Shown: piece after piece, positions 8,741-18,648 of the stretch
Position numbering within the stretch: the first letter of the stretch is position 1
Layout: each line of letters opens with the position of its first letter
Source: Candidatus Limnocylindrales bacterium
Lineage (GTDB): Bacteria; Chloroflexota; Limnocylindria; QHBO01
NCBI GenBank assembly: GCA_035540715.1
Contig: DATLGA010000059.1
Span: 458-64,457, forward strand
Direction of reading: 5' to 3'
DNA: 64,000 bases
Notes under the pieces: model-generated
Database searches by the model: none
What the model was told of the DNA's origin: nothing
What the model saw: only the letters and a program-made list of their open reading frames with translations
Made by a program: the position numbers and the translations under genes

Positions 8741-11053
8741 ATGGCCACCGAATCCGCGCGGTCCGTCGAGGATCCGACCCCGAGCCCGCCCACCGTCCCC
8801 GGCGCCGAGCTCAGCATGCCGGTGCTCGGGATGACCTGTGCGAGCTGCGTGAACCGCATCGAGCGCTTCCTGGGACGCGCCGACGGCGTCGCCGAGGCGA
8901 ACGTCAACCTGGCCACCGAGCGCGCCACCGTCCGGTACGACCCGGCGCGGATCGACCGGTCCGGCATCGTCGCGGCCATCGAGGCGGCCGGCTACGAGGT
9001 CGGTCGCGATGCCGCCGCCGCCGATCTCCCGGCCGAGGCCGATGCCGCCGTCCGGGCGGACGAGGCGGCGCGAGCGGCCGAGCGGCGCGAGCTGCTCACC
9101 GGTGCCGTGGTGTCGGTCGGGACCGGCCTCCTGATGATGGTCGTGATGTTCTGGCCCGGGGGCTCGCCGTGGCCGATGATGGACGTCAACCGCTGGTTCA
9201 TCGCGCCGGCAACGATCGTCCAGTTCGTCTACGGGCGCCGCTTCCTGGTGGCCGCGGTCAAGGCGGCGCGCCACGGCACGGCGGACATGAACACCCTCGT
9301 CGCAATCGGGACGATGGCCGCGTACCTCTACTCGATGGTGGTCACGCTCCTGCCCGAGGTCGTCATGGTGACCGGCGTCGGCCACGAGACCTACTTCGAT
9401 TCGGCGGCGGTGATCATCGGCCTCATCCTGTTCGGGCGCTGGCTCGAGGCACGCGCCAAGGGGCAGGCCGCCGGAGCCGTCAAGGCGCTCCTCCGCCTGC
9501 GGCCCGCCACGGCCCGCGTGCTCCGCGACGGAGGCGAGCGGGAGATCCCGGTCGAGCAGGTCGTCGTCGGCGACCTCGTGCGGGTCCGCCCGGGCGACCG
9601 CGTGCCGGTCGACGGCGTGATCATCGACGGCGCATCGGCGATCGACGAGTCGATGTTGACCGGCGAGGCGCTCCCGGTCGAGAAGGGCCGCGGCGACCGC
9701 GTCATCGGCGCGACGATGAATGCCTCCGGCTCCTTCGTGCTGCGGGCGGAGCGCGTCGGCCGCGACACGGCCCTGGCCCAGATCGTCGCGCTCGTCGAGC
9801 AGGCCCAGGGCTCGAAGGCGCCGATCCAGCGCGTGGCCGATCGCGTCACGGGCCGGTTCGTTCCCCTCGTCATCCTCATCGCCAGCGCGACCTTCGTCGC
9901 GTGGCTGCTGATCGGGCCCGAGCCCCGGCTCACCTACGGCCTGACGGCGGCGATCGCCGTCCTCATCATCGCCTGCCCGTGCGCCATGGGGCTCGCCACG
10001 CCGACCGCGATCATGGTGGGCACCGGCAAGGGCGCCGAGAGCGGCATCCTCATCCGTGACGGGGCCGCGCTCGAGGAGGCCCGGTCGATCACCGCCGTCG
10101 TCCTGGACAAGACGGGCACGATCACGCGCGGCGAGCCGTCGGTGACGCTCGTGCGGCCGGCGGGCGATCTCGACGAGGACGACCTGCTGCGGTTCGCGGC
10201 GGCCGCCGAGCGCGGCAGCGAACATCCGCTTGCGGAGGCGATCGTCCGACGCGCCGACGAGGCGAGGATTGCGGCCACCGAGGCGTCTGCGTTCGAGGCC
10301 GTTGCGGGCCGGGGCGTTCGCGCCATCGTCGACGGTGCGGAGGTCGTGGCGGGAACCGAGCCGTTCCTGAACGACGCGGGGATCGACCCGTCGCCACTGT
10401 CCGAGGCCGCCGCCGAGGTCGCCCTCTCGGGAGCATCGCCGGTTCTCGTGGCCGTCGACGGAAGGCTCGCCGGTCTGATCGCGGTCGCCGACACGGTGAA
10501 GCCCTCCTCGCGAGCCGCCGTCGAGCGCATGCGGCGGGCCGGCCTGGACGTCTGGATGATCACCGGCGACCGCCGGGCGACCGCGGAGGCCGTGGCCCGC
10601 GAGGTCGGCATCGGCCCGGATCGCGTCCTGGCGGAGGTCCTTCCGGCCGACAAGTCGGCGAAGGTCGCCGAGCTGCAGGCGGCCGGCGCCCGCGTGGCGA
10701 TGGTGGGCGACGGAATCAACGACGCGCCAGCGCTCGCCCAGGCCGACCTGGGCATCGCGATCGGGACGGGGGCCGACGTGGCGCTCGAGGCCTCGGACGT
10801 GACGCTCGTCGGCGACGACCTCGGCGGCGTCCCGGCCGCCGTGACGCTGTCCCGGGCGACGATGCGCACGATCCGTCAGAACCTCGGGTGGGCGTTCGGC
10901 TACAACGTGCTGCTCATCCCGGTGGCGGCCGGCCTGCTGTTCCCCGTGGCAGGGCTCCTGCTCAACCCGGCCATGGCCGCCGGCGCGATGGCGCTCTCGA
11001 GCGTCAGCGTCGTGGCGAACTCCCTTCGGCTGCGGAGCTTCCGCGCCGCCTGA
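8741..11053 (+). CDS. copA: Copper-translocating P1B-type ATPase
   Basis: N-terminal HMA domain [12 protein letters not shown], membrane CPC motif ([13 protein letters not shown]), DKTGTIT phosphorylation site, [10 protein letters not shown] hinge. Start trimmed from 8561 to ATG 8741 (MATESARS). Confidence 0.93.
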   Translation: MATESARSVEDPTPSPPTVPGAELSMPVLGMTCASCVNRIERFLGRADGVAEANVNLATERATVRYDPARIDRSGIVAAIEAAGYEVGRDAAAADLPAEADAAVRADEAARAAERRELLTGAVVSVGTGLLMMVVMFWPGGSPWPMMDVNRWFIAPATIVQFVYGRRFLVAAVKAARHGTADMNTLVAIGTMAAYLYSMVVTLLPEVVMVTGVGHETYFDSAAVIIGLILFGRWLEARAKGQAAGAVKALLRLRPATARVLRDGGEREIPVEQVVVGDLVRVRPGDRVPVDGVIIDGASAIDESMLTGEALPVEKGRGDRVIGATMNASGSFVLRAERVGRDTALAQIVALVEQAQGSKAPIQRVADRVTGRFVPLVILIASATFVAWLLIGPEPRLTYGLTAAIAVLIIACPCAMGLATPTAIMVGTGKGAESGILIRDGAALEEARSITAVVLDKTGTITRGEPSVTLVRPAGDLDEDDLLRFAAAAERGSEHPLAEAIVRRADEARIAATEASAFEAVAGRGVRAIVDGAEVVAGTEPFLNDAGIDPSPLSEAAAEVALSGASPVLVAVDGRLAGLIAVADTVKPSSRAAVERMRRAGLDVWMITGDRRATAEAVAREVGIGPDRVLAEVLPADKSAKVAELQAAGARVAMVGDGINDAPALAQADLGIAIGTGADVALEASDVTLVGDDLGGVPAAVTLSRATMRTIRQNLGWAFGYNVLLIPVAAGLLFPVAGLLLNPAMAAGAMALSSVSVVANSLRLRSFRAA

Positions 11054-11070
11054 CCAGACGAGGAGGACCG

Positions 11071-11268
11071 ATGAACGAGCTCGACATGGCGCCGATGGCG
11101 ACCGACCCGGTCTGCGGGATGCAGGTGAACCCCGAGGTGGCATCGGCGCAGGGACTGCGCGCGGAGCACGACGGTCGGACGTACTACTTCTGCGGGAAGG
11201 GGTGCAAGCTCGACTTCGAGGACGACCCGCAGAGGGTCTTCGCGCCGGGATACGAGCCGCACATGTAG
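11071..11268 (+). CDS. YHS/TRASH-domain small metal-binding protein
   Basis: 65 aa. DPVCGMQV...YYFCGKGCKLDF is the YHS pattern. AGGAGGA lies 4 nt upstream of ATG 11071. The gene sits directly downstream of copA. Confidence 0.8.
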   Translation: MNELDMAPMATDPVCGMQVNPEVASAQGLRAEHDGRTYYFCGKGCKLDFEDDPQRVFAPGYEPHM

Positions 11269-11300
11269 GTCGGGCCCGCCTGGCGGCCTCCGCGAGCGAT

Positions 11301-12596
11301 ATGCTCGGCCGCAAACCGGCGGAGGACCCCCTTCTGAATCGAACAGCCAGCCCGCTGACGCTCGAACCGGCGCACGGCTTCGTGGTGGCGACCGGTATCG
11401 AGTGCTCGGCGCCGGTCATTGCCGGTGGCGTCCGGATGGACGAGCTGCGCAAGACGGGGCACTGGGAGCGCTACACCCAGGACATCGAGATGATCGCCGG
11501 CTTTGGCATCCGCTTCCTTCGCTACGGCATCCCGTTCCACGTCGTCGACCACGATCCGACGTCGCGTGACTGGGCGTGGACCGATGCCGCTCTGGCGGCC
11601 GTCCGCCGGGCCGGCATCGAGCCGATCGTCGACCTGCTCCATTTCGGCGTGCCCGACGACGTCGCCGGGGTCGGGGACCCGAGGCTGCCGGATCGGTTCG
11701 CGGACTACGCCGCGGCCTTCGCGCGGCGGTACCCATGGGTCCGCTACTACACGGTCGTGAACGAGCCGCTGGTCTGCGCCGTCTTTTCCGCGGCGCTCGG
11801 CATGTGGAACGAGCGCGCCAGCGACGACCGATCCTTCGTCGCCGCGATCGACGCGCTCTCGGCGGCGACGGCGCTCGGCATGGATGCCATTCGGCAGCGC
11901 CGACCGGACGCGATCTTCATCCAGAGCGACGCCTGTGAGTCCTACACGGCGTCGACCTCCCGCGCCGGCGAGCTCGCCACGTTCCTGAACGAGCGGCGGT
12001 TCGTGACGTGGGAGCTCGCCTACGGGAGAAGCCCATCGGCGCCCATCGTCGAGTGGCTCCAGCACTCCGGCATGACCGATGCACGGCTCGCCTGGTTCGA
12101 GCGGGCCGGCAGCGACGAAGGATGCATCGTGGGACTCGACTACTACCGGGGCAACGAGTGGACCGTACTCGCCGACGGGCGGACACGACCCGCCCGCCGC
12201 CGGCTCGGATTCGCGGCGCTGGGGCGCGCGTACCACGACCGCCTGCGCCTGCCGTTCATGCTCTCGGAGACGAACCAGTCGGGGCGCTCGACGGCGCGCT
12301 GGCTGGAGCAGGTCTGGAGCGACGCCCTCGACCTTCGCGACGAGGGCCTGCCGATGCGCGGCTTCTGCTGGTACGGGTTCGTGGACCACGTCGATTGGGA
12401 CAGCGCCCTCACGCGCGACGACGGACGCGTGAACCACTGCGGGCTCGTCACCCTCGACCGGCAGCTTCACCCGTGGGGCGCCACGTATCGACGGCTCGCG
12501 CTCGACGCACGACTCGGCCGCTATGAGCGACTCGGAGGCGGGTCCGGCAACGCTGCGGCGAGCGTCCCCAGGCCCGACGGCGAAGCGGCGGCATAG
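11301..12596 (+). CDS. Glycoside hydrolase family 1-like (beta-glucosidase-related TIM barrel)
   Basis: Acid/base-type motif TVVNEP and nucleophile-type motif LSETN are at appropriate spacing. Start trimmed to ATG 11301. Confidence 0.65.
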   Translation: MLGRKPAEDPLLNRTASPLTLEPAHGFVVATGIECSAPVIAGGVRMDELRKTGHWERYTQDIEMIAGFGIRFLRYGIPFHVVDHDPTSRDWAWTDAALAAVRRAGIEPIVDLLHFGVPDDVAGVGDPRLPDRFADYAAAFARRYPWVRYYTVVNEPLVCAVFSAALGMWNERASDDRSFVAAIDALSAATALGMDAIRQRRPDAIFIQSDACESYTASTSRAGELATFLNERRFVTWELAYGRSPSAPIVEWLQHSGMTDARLAWFERAGSDEGCIVGLDYYRGNEWTVLADGRTRPARRRLGFAALGRAYHDRLRLPFMLSETNQSGRSTARWLEQVWSDALDLRDEGLPMRGFCWYGFVDHVDWDSALTRDDGRVNHCGLVTLDRQLHPWGATYRRLALDARLGRYERLGGGSGNAAASVPRPDGEAAA

Positions 12597-12598
12597 GG

Positions 12599-13621
12599 GT
12601 GATGCGCGGCGTCGTCCTGCCGGGCGACCGGCGGACCGAGATTCGCGACTTCGCCGTGCCCGAGCCGGGCCACGGGCAGGTGCTCGTTCGCATTCACGCC
12701 TCGTCGATCTGTGGCAGCGACCTCCGCGCGATCTACCGCCCGACCGAGCAGGGCACGGGACCGGAGGCCTACCGAGGGGTGATCGCCGGGCACGAGCCGG
12801 CGGGCCAGGTGGAAGCCGTCGGCCCCGGCGTGACGCGCTTCGCCCCCGGCGATCGGGTCGTCGTCTACCACATCGCCGGCTGCGGGCTGTGCCACGACTG
12901 CCGCAGCGGATGGATGATCTCGTGCTCCTCCCCCGAACGGGCGGCGTACGGGTGGCAGCGTGACGGCGGTCATGCGGCGTATCTGCTCGCCGAGGAGCGA
13001 ACGCTGGTCGACCTCCCCGAGCCGCTCACCTTCCTGGACGGCGCGATGGTCGCGTGCGGGCTCGGAACGGCGTACGCGGCATGCCGGCGCGTCGATCTGT
13101 CCGGGCGCGATCACGTGCTCGTGACGGGCCTCGGCCCGGTCGGGATCGGTACGGCGTTGCTCGCCCAGCGGCTGGGTGCGCACGTGACCGGCGTCGAAGC
13201 GGTCCCCGAACGCCGCGAGCTCGCCGCGTCGCTCGGCATCGCGGTCAGCGAGGCGACCGACGAGGCGCTCGCCGATCGCACGGCTGGCCGCGGCTTCGAC
13301 GCCGCCGTCGAGTGCTCCGGCAACGGCGAGGCTCGGGTGCTCGCGCTGCGCTGGGCCCGTCCGTGGGGCCGCGTCGCGTTCGTCGGCGAAGGCGGCAGCG
13401 TGCACTTCGACGTCTCGCCGCTCGTCATCCATCCCCAGCTCACCGTGATGGGCTCGTGGGTCTGCAGCATCGGCCAGATGGAGGAGCTCGTCGAGCTGCT
13501 GGTTCGCTGGGATCTCCACCCCGAGATCATGGTGACCGACCAGTTCGCGCTCGAGGACGCCGACGCGGCGTATCGGCTGGCAGACGCCGGCCGGGCCGGC
13601 AAGGTCGCCATCGTCCCCTAG
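12599..13621 (+). CDS. Zn-dependent alcohol/polyol dehydrogenase (MDR family)
   Basis: Contains ICGSDL, GHEPAG, the structural-Zn cluster CGLCHDCRSG...C, and nucleotide-binding motif VTGLGPVG. GTG start lies 2 nt after the upstream stop. Confidence 0.85.
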   Translation: MMRGVVLPGDRRTEIRDFAVPEPGHGQVLVRIHASSICGSDLRAIYRPTEQGTGPEAYRGVIAGHEPAGQVEAVGPGVTRFAPGDRVVVYHIAGCGLCHDCRSGWMISCSSPERAAYGWQRDGGHAAYLLAEERTLVDLPEPLTFLDGAMVACGLGTAYAACRRVDLSGRDHVLVTGLGPVGIGTALLAQRLGAHVTGVEAVPERRELAASLGIAVSEATDEALADRTAGRGFDAAVECSGNGEARVLALRWARPWGRVAFVGEGGSVHFDVSPLVIHPQLTVMGSWVCSIGQMEELVELLVRWDLHPEIMVTDQFALEDADAAYRLADAGRAGKVAIVP

Positions 13622-13650
13622 TCTGGCACGGTTCGCGCTGAAGGCGACGG

Positions 13651-13902
13651 ATGATGCCAGCGCCTCGCCACGACGACTCATCGGACGCCATGCGCGAGTG
13701 GCGCTGGCGCAGCTACGCCCAGCACCTGGAGGATCTCGGCTACGACCTGGACGGCGGCGCCCTGTCGGCGCACGACGCCTGGGAGGCCGGGTTGATCGGC
13801 GCCGAAACGGTCGGCGTCACCGTGGAGAGCGTCAGGGAGCCGGTGCTGGTTGCGGATCCGACGTCGGCCCCTGGACCACGACCCGCCCGTCCTCGAAGCT
13901 GA
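13651..13902 (+). CDS. Possible small hypothetical protein (83 aa)
   Basis: AAGG lies 6 nt upstream of the ATG. GC3 is high in the first ~60 codons. The last 71 nt overlap the 3' end of the convergent GH43 gene. No family recognised. Confidence 0.3.
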   Translation: MMPAPRHDDSSDAMREWRWRSYAQHLEDLGYDLDGGALSAHDAWEAGLIGAETVGVTVESVREPVLVADPTSAPGPRPARPRS

Positions 13903-14911
13903 GGCGGTCCATCCACATCGTGCGGTCCCCGCCGAGGTCGTAGCCGATCGCGGTCCGGTCCCATGCGTGGTACACGATCCACAGCTCCCCCTCGCCGTCC
14001 TCGATGATGGTCTGGTGTCCCGGCCCGGCGGCGACGAGGCTCGGGTCGGCGTTGAGCTCGCGGAAGTCGGCACTGAGGATTGGGTTCTCCTCGGCCTCCA
14101 CGAACGGGCCGGTCACCGCGTCCGAGGTCGCGTACCCGACGGCGTACGTCGCGCTGTAGTAGGCATTGGCGGAGTAGAACAGGTAGTAGGTCCCGTCGTC
14201 GAGCCACAGGGTCGGGGCCTCGATGACCGAGCCCTCCCAGAGGTTGTCCGCCGCGACTCCGAGGTCGATCGGCTCACCGACGAGCGACAACCCGTCGTCC
14301 GAGAGCTCCTGGATCCACAGCTTCACCGGACGGCGACAGCAGTTGCCGTCGTTCTTGTACAGCAGATAGCGGGTGCCGTCCTCGTCGACGAACGGGCTGG
14401 CGTCGATGGTGCCGCCGTCCTCGGCCTGGCAGATGAGTGGCTCGGCGAGATCGTCCACGAACGGCCCCTCCGGCGACTCGGCGACGGCCCGGCCGACGCA
14501 CTGTGCGGTGTCCTGCCCCGGGGTCGGGAGCTGCGAGCGGCCCGTGTAGTAGAGCACGTAGCCGGCGCTGGTCTCGGCCACCTCCGGCGCCCAGAAGTCG
14601 CGAGTCGCCCACCGCGAGCGCAGCTCCAGGTAGCGCGGGCGTTCCCAGCTCACCAGGTCGGTCGAGGTGGTGTACCGATAACCGGTCGCATACGCGTACC
14701 ACGTGTCGCCCACCTGGATGACGTGGGGGTCGGGGAAGTCGGTGTCGAGGACCGGGTTCACGAACTCGCCCTCGCCGGGCGTGGGCCGCGGGCTCTCCGC
14801 CGCCGTCGCGCCGGCGTCCGACGTCGCCCCGACGGGCCCGTCCTCGTCGGCGGGGCCGCAGCCGGCGAGGAGGACGGCGACGAGCGCCGGCGCGGCCAGC
14901 CAGCGCCTCAT
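13832..14911 (-). CDS. Glycoside hydrolase family 43 lipoprotein (xylosidase/arabinofuranosidase type)
   Basis: Signal peptide plus lipobox VLLAGC. Contains FPDPHVIQVGDTWYAYAT, FWAPEV and five-bladed propeller-type repeats. Start ATG 14911 overlaps the GH2 stop (ATGA). The upstream 445 codons of the ORF-track entry lie in another gene's shadow. Confidence 0.85.
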   Translation of the reverse strand: MRRWLAAPALVAVLLAGCGPADEDGPVGATSDAGATAAESPRPTPGEGEFVNPVLDTDFPDPHVIQVGDTWYAYATGYRYTTSTDLVSWERPRYLELRSRWATRDFWAPEVAETSAGYVLYYTGRSQLPTPGQDTAQCVGRAVAESPEGPFVDDLAEPLICQAEDGGTIDASPFVDEDGTRYLLYKNDGNCCRRPVKLWIQELSDDGLSLVGEPIDLGVAADNLWEGSVIEAPTLWLDDGTYYLFYSANAYYSATYAVGYATSDAVTGPFVEAEENPILSADFRELNADPSLVAAGPGHQTIIEDGEGELWIVYHAWDRTAIGYDLGGDRTMWMDRLSFEDGRVVVQGPTSDPQPAPAP

Positions 14912-17757
14912 CGGTCCACCTCCAGCGGGACCCGATCCTGGGTGACGCTGTCCCCCTCGCGGTCGACGGCCAGCCGCTGGACGAGCGCCTCGAGCATCGT
15001 CGTGGCGACCGGGCCGCTCTCGGGCACCAGCCGGAAGGTCGTCAGCACGATCGACCCGAGGCCCTGCGCGAAGCCCCACGTGAGCGCCGCCGGCTGGTGG
15101 ATCCAACCCACGAACATGCCGGCCGCCACCTCGTCGCGGTGGCGCTGGGGGTCGTACCCGAGCAGGACGTGGTCTGGCGCCACCTCCTCGTACGAGAAGT
15201 CCAGCGGGGCGCGGAACGGCAGCTCCGGGAAGGCGCCCGGAAGGATCCAGTTGAAGTTGCTCACCCAATCCCCCTCCCATGGGCTCCGCTGCCCGGGCCA
15301 GCCGGCGTGCGGCAGCCGGCGGAGATGAACCTCGACGCTCCGCCGGAGCTCGAGGTCGGCCGGCACCGCGCTGCTCGACCGGACGAGGCACAGCACGCGT
15401 CCCCCGCGCTCGGCGTACGACACGATTGCCGGCGTCAGCTCGGCGGCCACGAGAAGCTCGGCGTCGTCGAGGCTGACGACGTCGTGGCCGGTGCGGCGCA
15501 ACCGCTCGGCAATGCCCCAGATCTCGCCTGGATCGTCCACCGCGACGTGGCGTCGCCGCCCGGCGCCCGCAGCGAGCCTCGGCAGCACCGACAGCCGGAC
15601 GCTGTTCTTCGTGATCTCCGCGCCGGCGGCATCGACCGCTCGGACGCGGAGGACCGCATCGGTCGGGTGGTCGACGTCCGGAGCGCGGAACGAGATCGCG
15701 CCCATCTGGCGCACACCGTGGCGCGGCCACGAGTCGACCTCGACGACGCCCTCGTCGGCAGCGGCGCCGTCCACGTCGATGCGCCACTCGAGCGCACCGC
15801 GGGCCGGAGCGTCGGCACCGTACGATGCGAGCACGAGCTCGGCCTCGCAGGTCTCGCCGGCCCACAGGTCTCGACGCTCGGCCAGGATGACGGCGGTGTC
15901 TGGCGCGTTGATCTCGTCGAAGCGGTCGTGGTAGACCTTGCGGCCGCGCATCGGGTCGAGGACGCCGTTGGCCTCCCAATACGCGTCCGTCAGCTCCGTC
16001 ACCACGTACCCGCCGATCGACTCGTGGCGACGCAGCTCGCCGATCTGGTACTGGAGCGCCTCGAACTGGTGCCACTGCGTCGCATCGGCCAGGGCGTCGA
16101 CGTCCGCCCAGATCCGGTCGAGGGCAAAGCGCGCGAAGCGCCGGCGCAGGCCCGACGGGCGGTAGTACCCGTGCCCGGTGCCGAACCACCAGGGCTCTCG
16201 GCCGCCATGGTGCTCGAGCATGCGGTCGAGCCGGGGTAGCCCCCACCCGCCGAACTCGCTGAGGACGAGCGGCTCGTCGCCGTGGGGCTCAGCGTCCCCG
16301 TGCGGGCTCCAGAGCCAGTCCGGGCGGCGTGCGAAGTCCGCGATCATGTTCCGCCAGCGCACCGCATTGTCGGGACCGAAGTACACGTGGAAGTCGGCCA
16401 GGTCCGACCGGACGTGAAAGTTCGGCGTCTCGGAGGTCTCACACGCGGAGTTGTCGACCACCAGGCGGGTCGGATCGAGCCGCTTGAGCCAGTCGTACGT
16501 CCTGCGGAGCCATTGACGGTCGCGTCGCTCGTAGCGCAGGCGGGTGCCCCAGTCCTCGTTGATGATGGTCCAGATGACGACCGACGGATGGTTGCCCATC
16601 GTCTCCACCATCCGTCGCAGCGTCGCGCGGCCGCGGGCCCCCGACTCGGCAGTGAAGCGCGACCAATTCGGCAGCTCGCACCAGAGCAGCATGCCGGCTT
16701 CGTCGGCGGCATCGAGATAGGCCGGATCGGGAACCTTGATGTGACAGCGCAGGATGTTGAACCCGAGCTCCCGGGCACGGGCCAGCTGCTCGTCCAGGTA
16801 TTCGCGCGACGGTGGGGTCGAGATCGAGTCGGGATAGAGGTCCTGGTCGAGCGCCCCGAGCAGGTACACCGGCTCGCCATTGAGCGTCACGACGCCGTCA
16901 CGGGTCGCGATCTCGCGCATGCCGAAGCGGACGCTGACGTCGTCCGGCTCACCGCCGCCGCCGGTCAGGCGAGCGCGGAGCCGATACAGGTTCGGCCGGC
17001 CGAGCCCCCACAGGACCGGATCCGGCACCGGGACCTCCGTCTCGCCCGAAGCGCTGCCCGCCTCCGGCTCGACCACGGTCGTCGAGACGAGGGCGCCGTC
17101 CGGACCGATCACCGCCAGCTCAAGGGCCGGCCGTTCGGTGACCCCCTCGAGCGACCAGCGGACCGTGGCCGACGACGCGCCCACGTCCGGAAGCACGAGC
17201 AGCGACGACACGTACGCGGTCGGGGTGCGTTCGAGACAGACCGACTGCCAGATCCCGCTCTGGCTCGAGTACCAGGTCTGCTTGCCGTGCGGCGCCTCGC
17301 GCAGCGGCAGGTCCGGCGCGTATTCCTCGGCGCTCAGGACCCGCTCCACCGCGAGCGCCGGGTAGTCGGCGATCGCGTTGAGCGGATTCTGGACCTCGAC
17401 CGCCAGGCTGTTCTCGGCACCCCAGCGAACGGCATCGGTGATGTCGACCGCGAAGGCGGTGTATCCCCCCTCGTGGGTGCCGACCTGTTTGCCGTTCACC
17501 CAGACGGAGCACCGGTACATCACCGCGCCGAAGCGCAGCACCGCCCGCGAGCCACGCCAGTCTTCGGGGACCATCACCGTCCGGTGATACCAGGCGGTGA
17601 TGATCCGATACGGCCGCGGCACCTGCGACTCCCAGCAGCCCGGGACGTGGATCGGCTCACCGGCGGGGAGATCGTCGGCGCGGTACAGGCGTTCGGTGTC
17701 GGGCACGAAGCGCCATTCGCCGTCGAGCTCGACCGCGGAGCGGCCGGTCGCCGTCAC
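14908..17757 (-). CDS. Glycoside hydrolase family 2 protein (beta-galactosidase/glucuronidase/mannosidase type), 949 aa
   Basis: GH2 sugar-binding N-terminus (LDGEWRF...VPGCWE...AWY.R) and TIM-barrel motifs (FN.LRCH, SVVIWTIINE). GTG start 17757 overlaps the permease stop (GTGA). There is no in-frame ATG nearby. Confidence 0.85.
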   Translation of the reverse strand: MTATGRSAVELDGEWRFVPDTERLYRADDLPAGEPIHVPGCWESQVPRPYRIITAWYHRTVMVPEDWRGSRAVLRFGAVMYRCSVWVNGKQVGTHEGGYTAFAVDITDAVRWGAENSLAVEVQNPLNAIADYPALAVERVLSAEEYAPDLPLREAPHGKQTWYSSQSGIWQSVCLERTPTAYVSSLLVLPDVGASSATVRWSLEGVTERPALELAVIGPDGALVSTTVVEPEAGSASGETEVPVPDPVLWGLGRPNLYRLRARLTGGGGEPDDVSVRFGMREIATRDGVVTLNGEPVYLLGALDQDLYPDSISTPPSREYLDEQLARARELGFNILRCHIKVPDPAYLDAADEAGMLLWCELPNWSRFTAESGARGRATLRRMVETMGNHPSVVIWTIINEDWGTRLRYERRDRQWLRRTYDWLKRLDPTRLVVDNSACETSETPNFHVRSDLADFHVYFGPDNAVRWRNMIADFARRPDWLWSPHGDAEPHGDEPLVLSEFGGWGLPRLDRMLEHHGGREPWWFGTGHGYYRPSGLRRRFARFALDRIWADVDALADATQWHQFEALQYQIGELRRHESIGGYVVTELTDAYWEANGVLDPMRGRKVYHDRFDEINAPDTAVILAERRDLWAGETCEAELVLASYGADAPARGALEWRIDVDGAAADEGVVEVDSWPRHGVRQMGAISFRAPDVDHPTDAVLRVRAVDAAGAEITKNSVRLSVLPRLAAGAGRRRHVAVDDPGEIWGIAERLRRTGHDVVSLDDAELLVAAELTPAIVSYAERGGRVLCLVRSSSAVPADLELRRSVEVHLRRLPHAGWPGQRSPWEGDWVSNFNWILPGAFPELPFRAPLDFSYEEVAPDHVLLGYDPQRHRDEVAAGMFVGWIHQPAALTWGFAQGLGSIVLTTFRLVPESGPVATTMLEALVQRLAVDREGDSVTQDRVPLEVDR

Positions 17758-18638
17758 CCCTTGATGCCCGCCGACGTGACGCTCTGGACGATCCACCGCT
17801 GCGCGAAGACGTACAGCACCAGGACCGGGATGGCCGCCAGCGTCGCCCCTGCCATGAGCAGGCCGAACTGGGCGGTATAGGCGCCCTGGAAGTTCCGCAG
17901 CCCGGCCGGCAGGGTGCACCCCGCGCCCTCGCAGATGATCAGCGGCCAGAGGTAGTCGTTCCAGTAGGCCAGGAAGCTGATGACCGCCAGGGTCGCCAGC
18001 GCCGGCCCGGACAGCGGAAGCACCACCGAGATGAACGTCTTGAACCGGTTCGCCCCGTCGACGTATGCCGCCTCCTCGAGCTCGACGGGGATGCCGAGGA
18101 AGAACTGCCGCATGAAGAAGACGCCGAAGACCCCGGCCAGCCCGGGCAGGATGAACCCCGGATACGTGTTCAACAGCCCGAGGATGTCCACGAGGATGAA
18201 CTGCGGCACGAGGAACATCACCGCCGGGAGGAGGAGCGTGGCGATGAGCAATCCGAAGAGCAGCCCGCGGCCGGGGAAGTCGATCCTGGCGAACGCGTAG
18301 GCCGACAACGAGGTCAGCACGACCGTGAGCACGGTCCCGAGCGTCGAGACGATCACGCTGTTCATCAGCCAGCGGAAGACCGGCGTGCTGCCGCTCGCCG
18401 TCAGGATGCGGGCGTAGTTGTCGAAGGTCGGATTGGCGGGGATGAAGCTCTTGTCGGTGAAGACCGCGCTCTCCGTCTTGAGCGACGTGGAGACCATCCA
18501 CGCCAGCGGAACGACGAAGAACAGCGCGATCAGGACGAGCACCGCGTAGAGCGCGATCATCCCGGGGCTGACCAGCGATCGCCGTTCACGCCTCACGGCT
18601 GTCGCCGTCGCGGGCCGTTCGGAAGGGGTGGCGGTCAT
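17754..18638 (-). CDS. Carbohydrate ABC transporter permease (MalG/CUT1 type)
   Basis: 294 aa with six hydrophobic segments and the EAA-type loop ELEEAAYVDGANRFKTF. Confidence 0.9.
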   Translation of the reverse strand: MTATPSERPATATAVRRERRSLVSPGMIALYAVLVLIALFFVVPLAWMVSTSLKTESAVFTDKSFIPANPTFDNYARILTASGSTPVFRWLMNSVIVSTLGTVLTVVLTSLSAYAFARIDFPGRGLLFGLLIATLLLPAVMFLVPQFILVDILGLLNTYPGFILPGLAGVFGVFFMRQFFLGIPVELEEAAYVDGANRFKTFISVVLPLSGPALATLAVISFLAYWNDYLWPLIICEGAGCTLPAGLRNFQGAYTAQFGLLMAGATLAAIPVLVLYVFAQRWIVQSVTSAGIKG

Positions 18639-18648
18639 TCGCGGATCC

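Noticed and set aside
8711-11452. 913-aa minus-strand ORF across copA, the YHS gene and the start of the GH1-like gene
   Set aside because: It is an antisense shadow of copA, Arg/Pro/Gly-rich, and spans three real genes plus their intergenic spacers.
14912-16246. N-terminal 445-codon extension of the GH43 ORF, and similarly 17758..18501 for the GH2 ORF
   Set aside because: These extensions run through the upstream genes in a different frame. The signal peptide (GH43) and the GTGA junction (GH2) mark the true starts.
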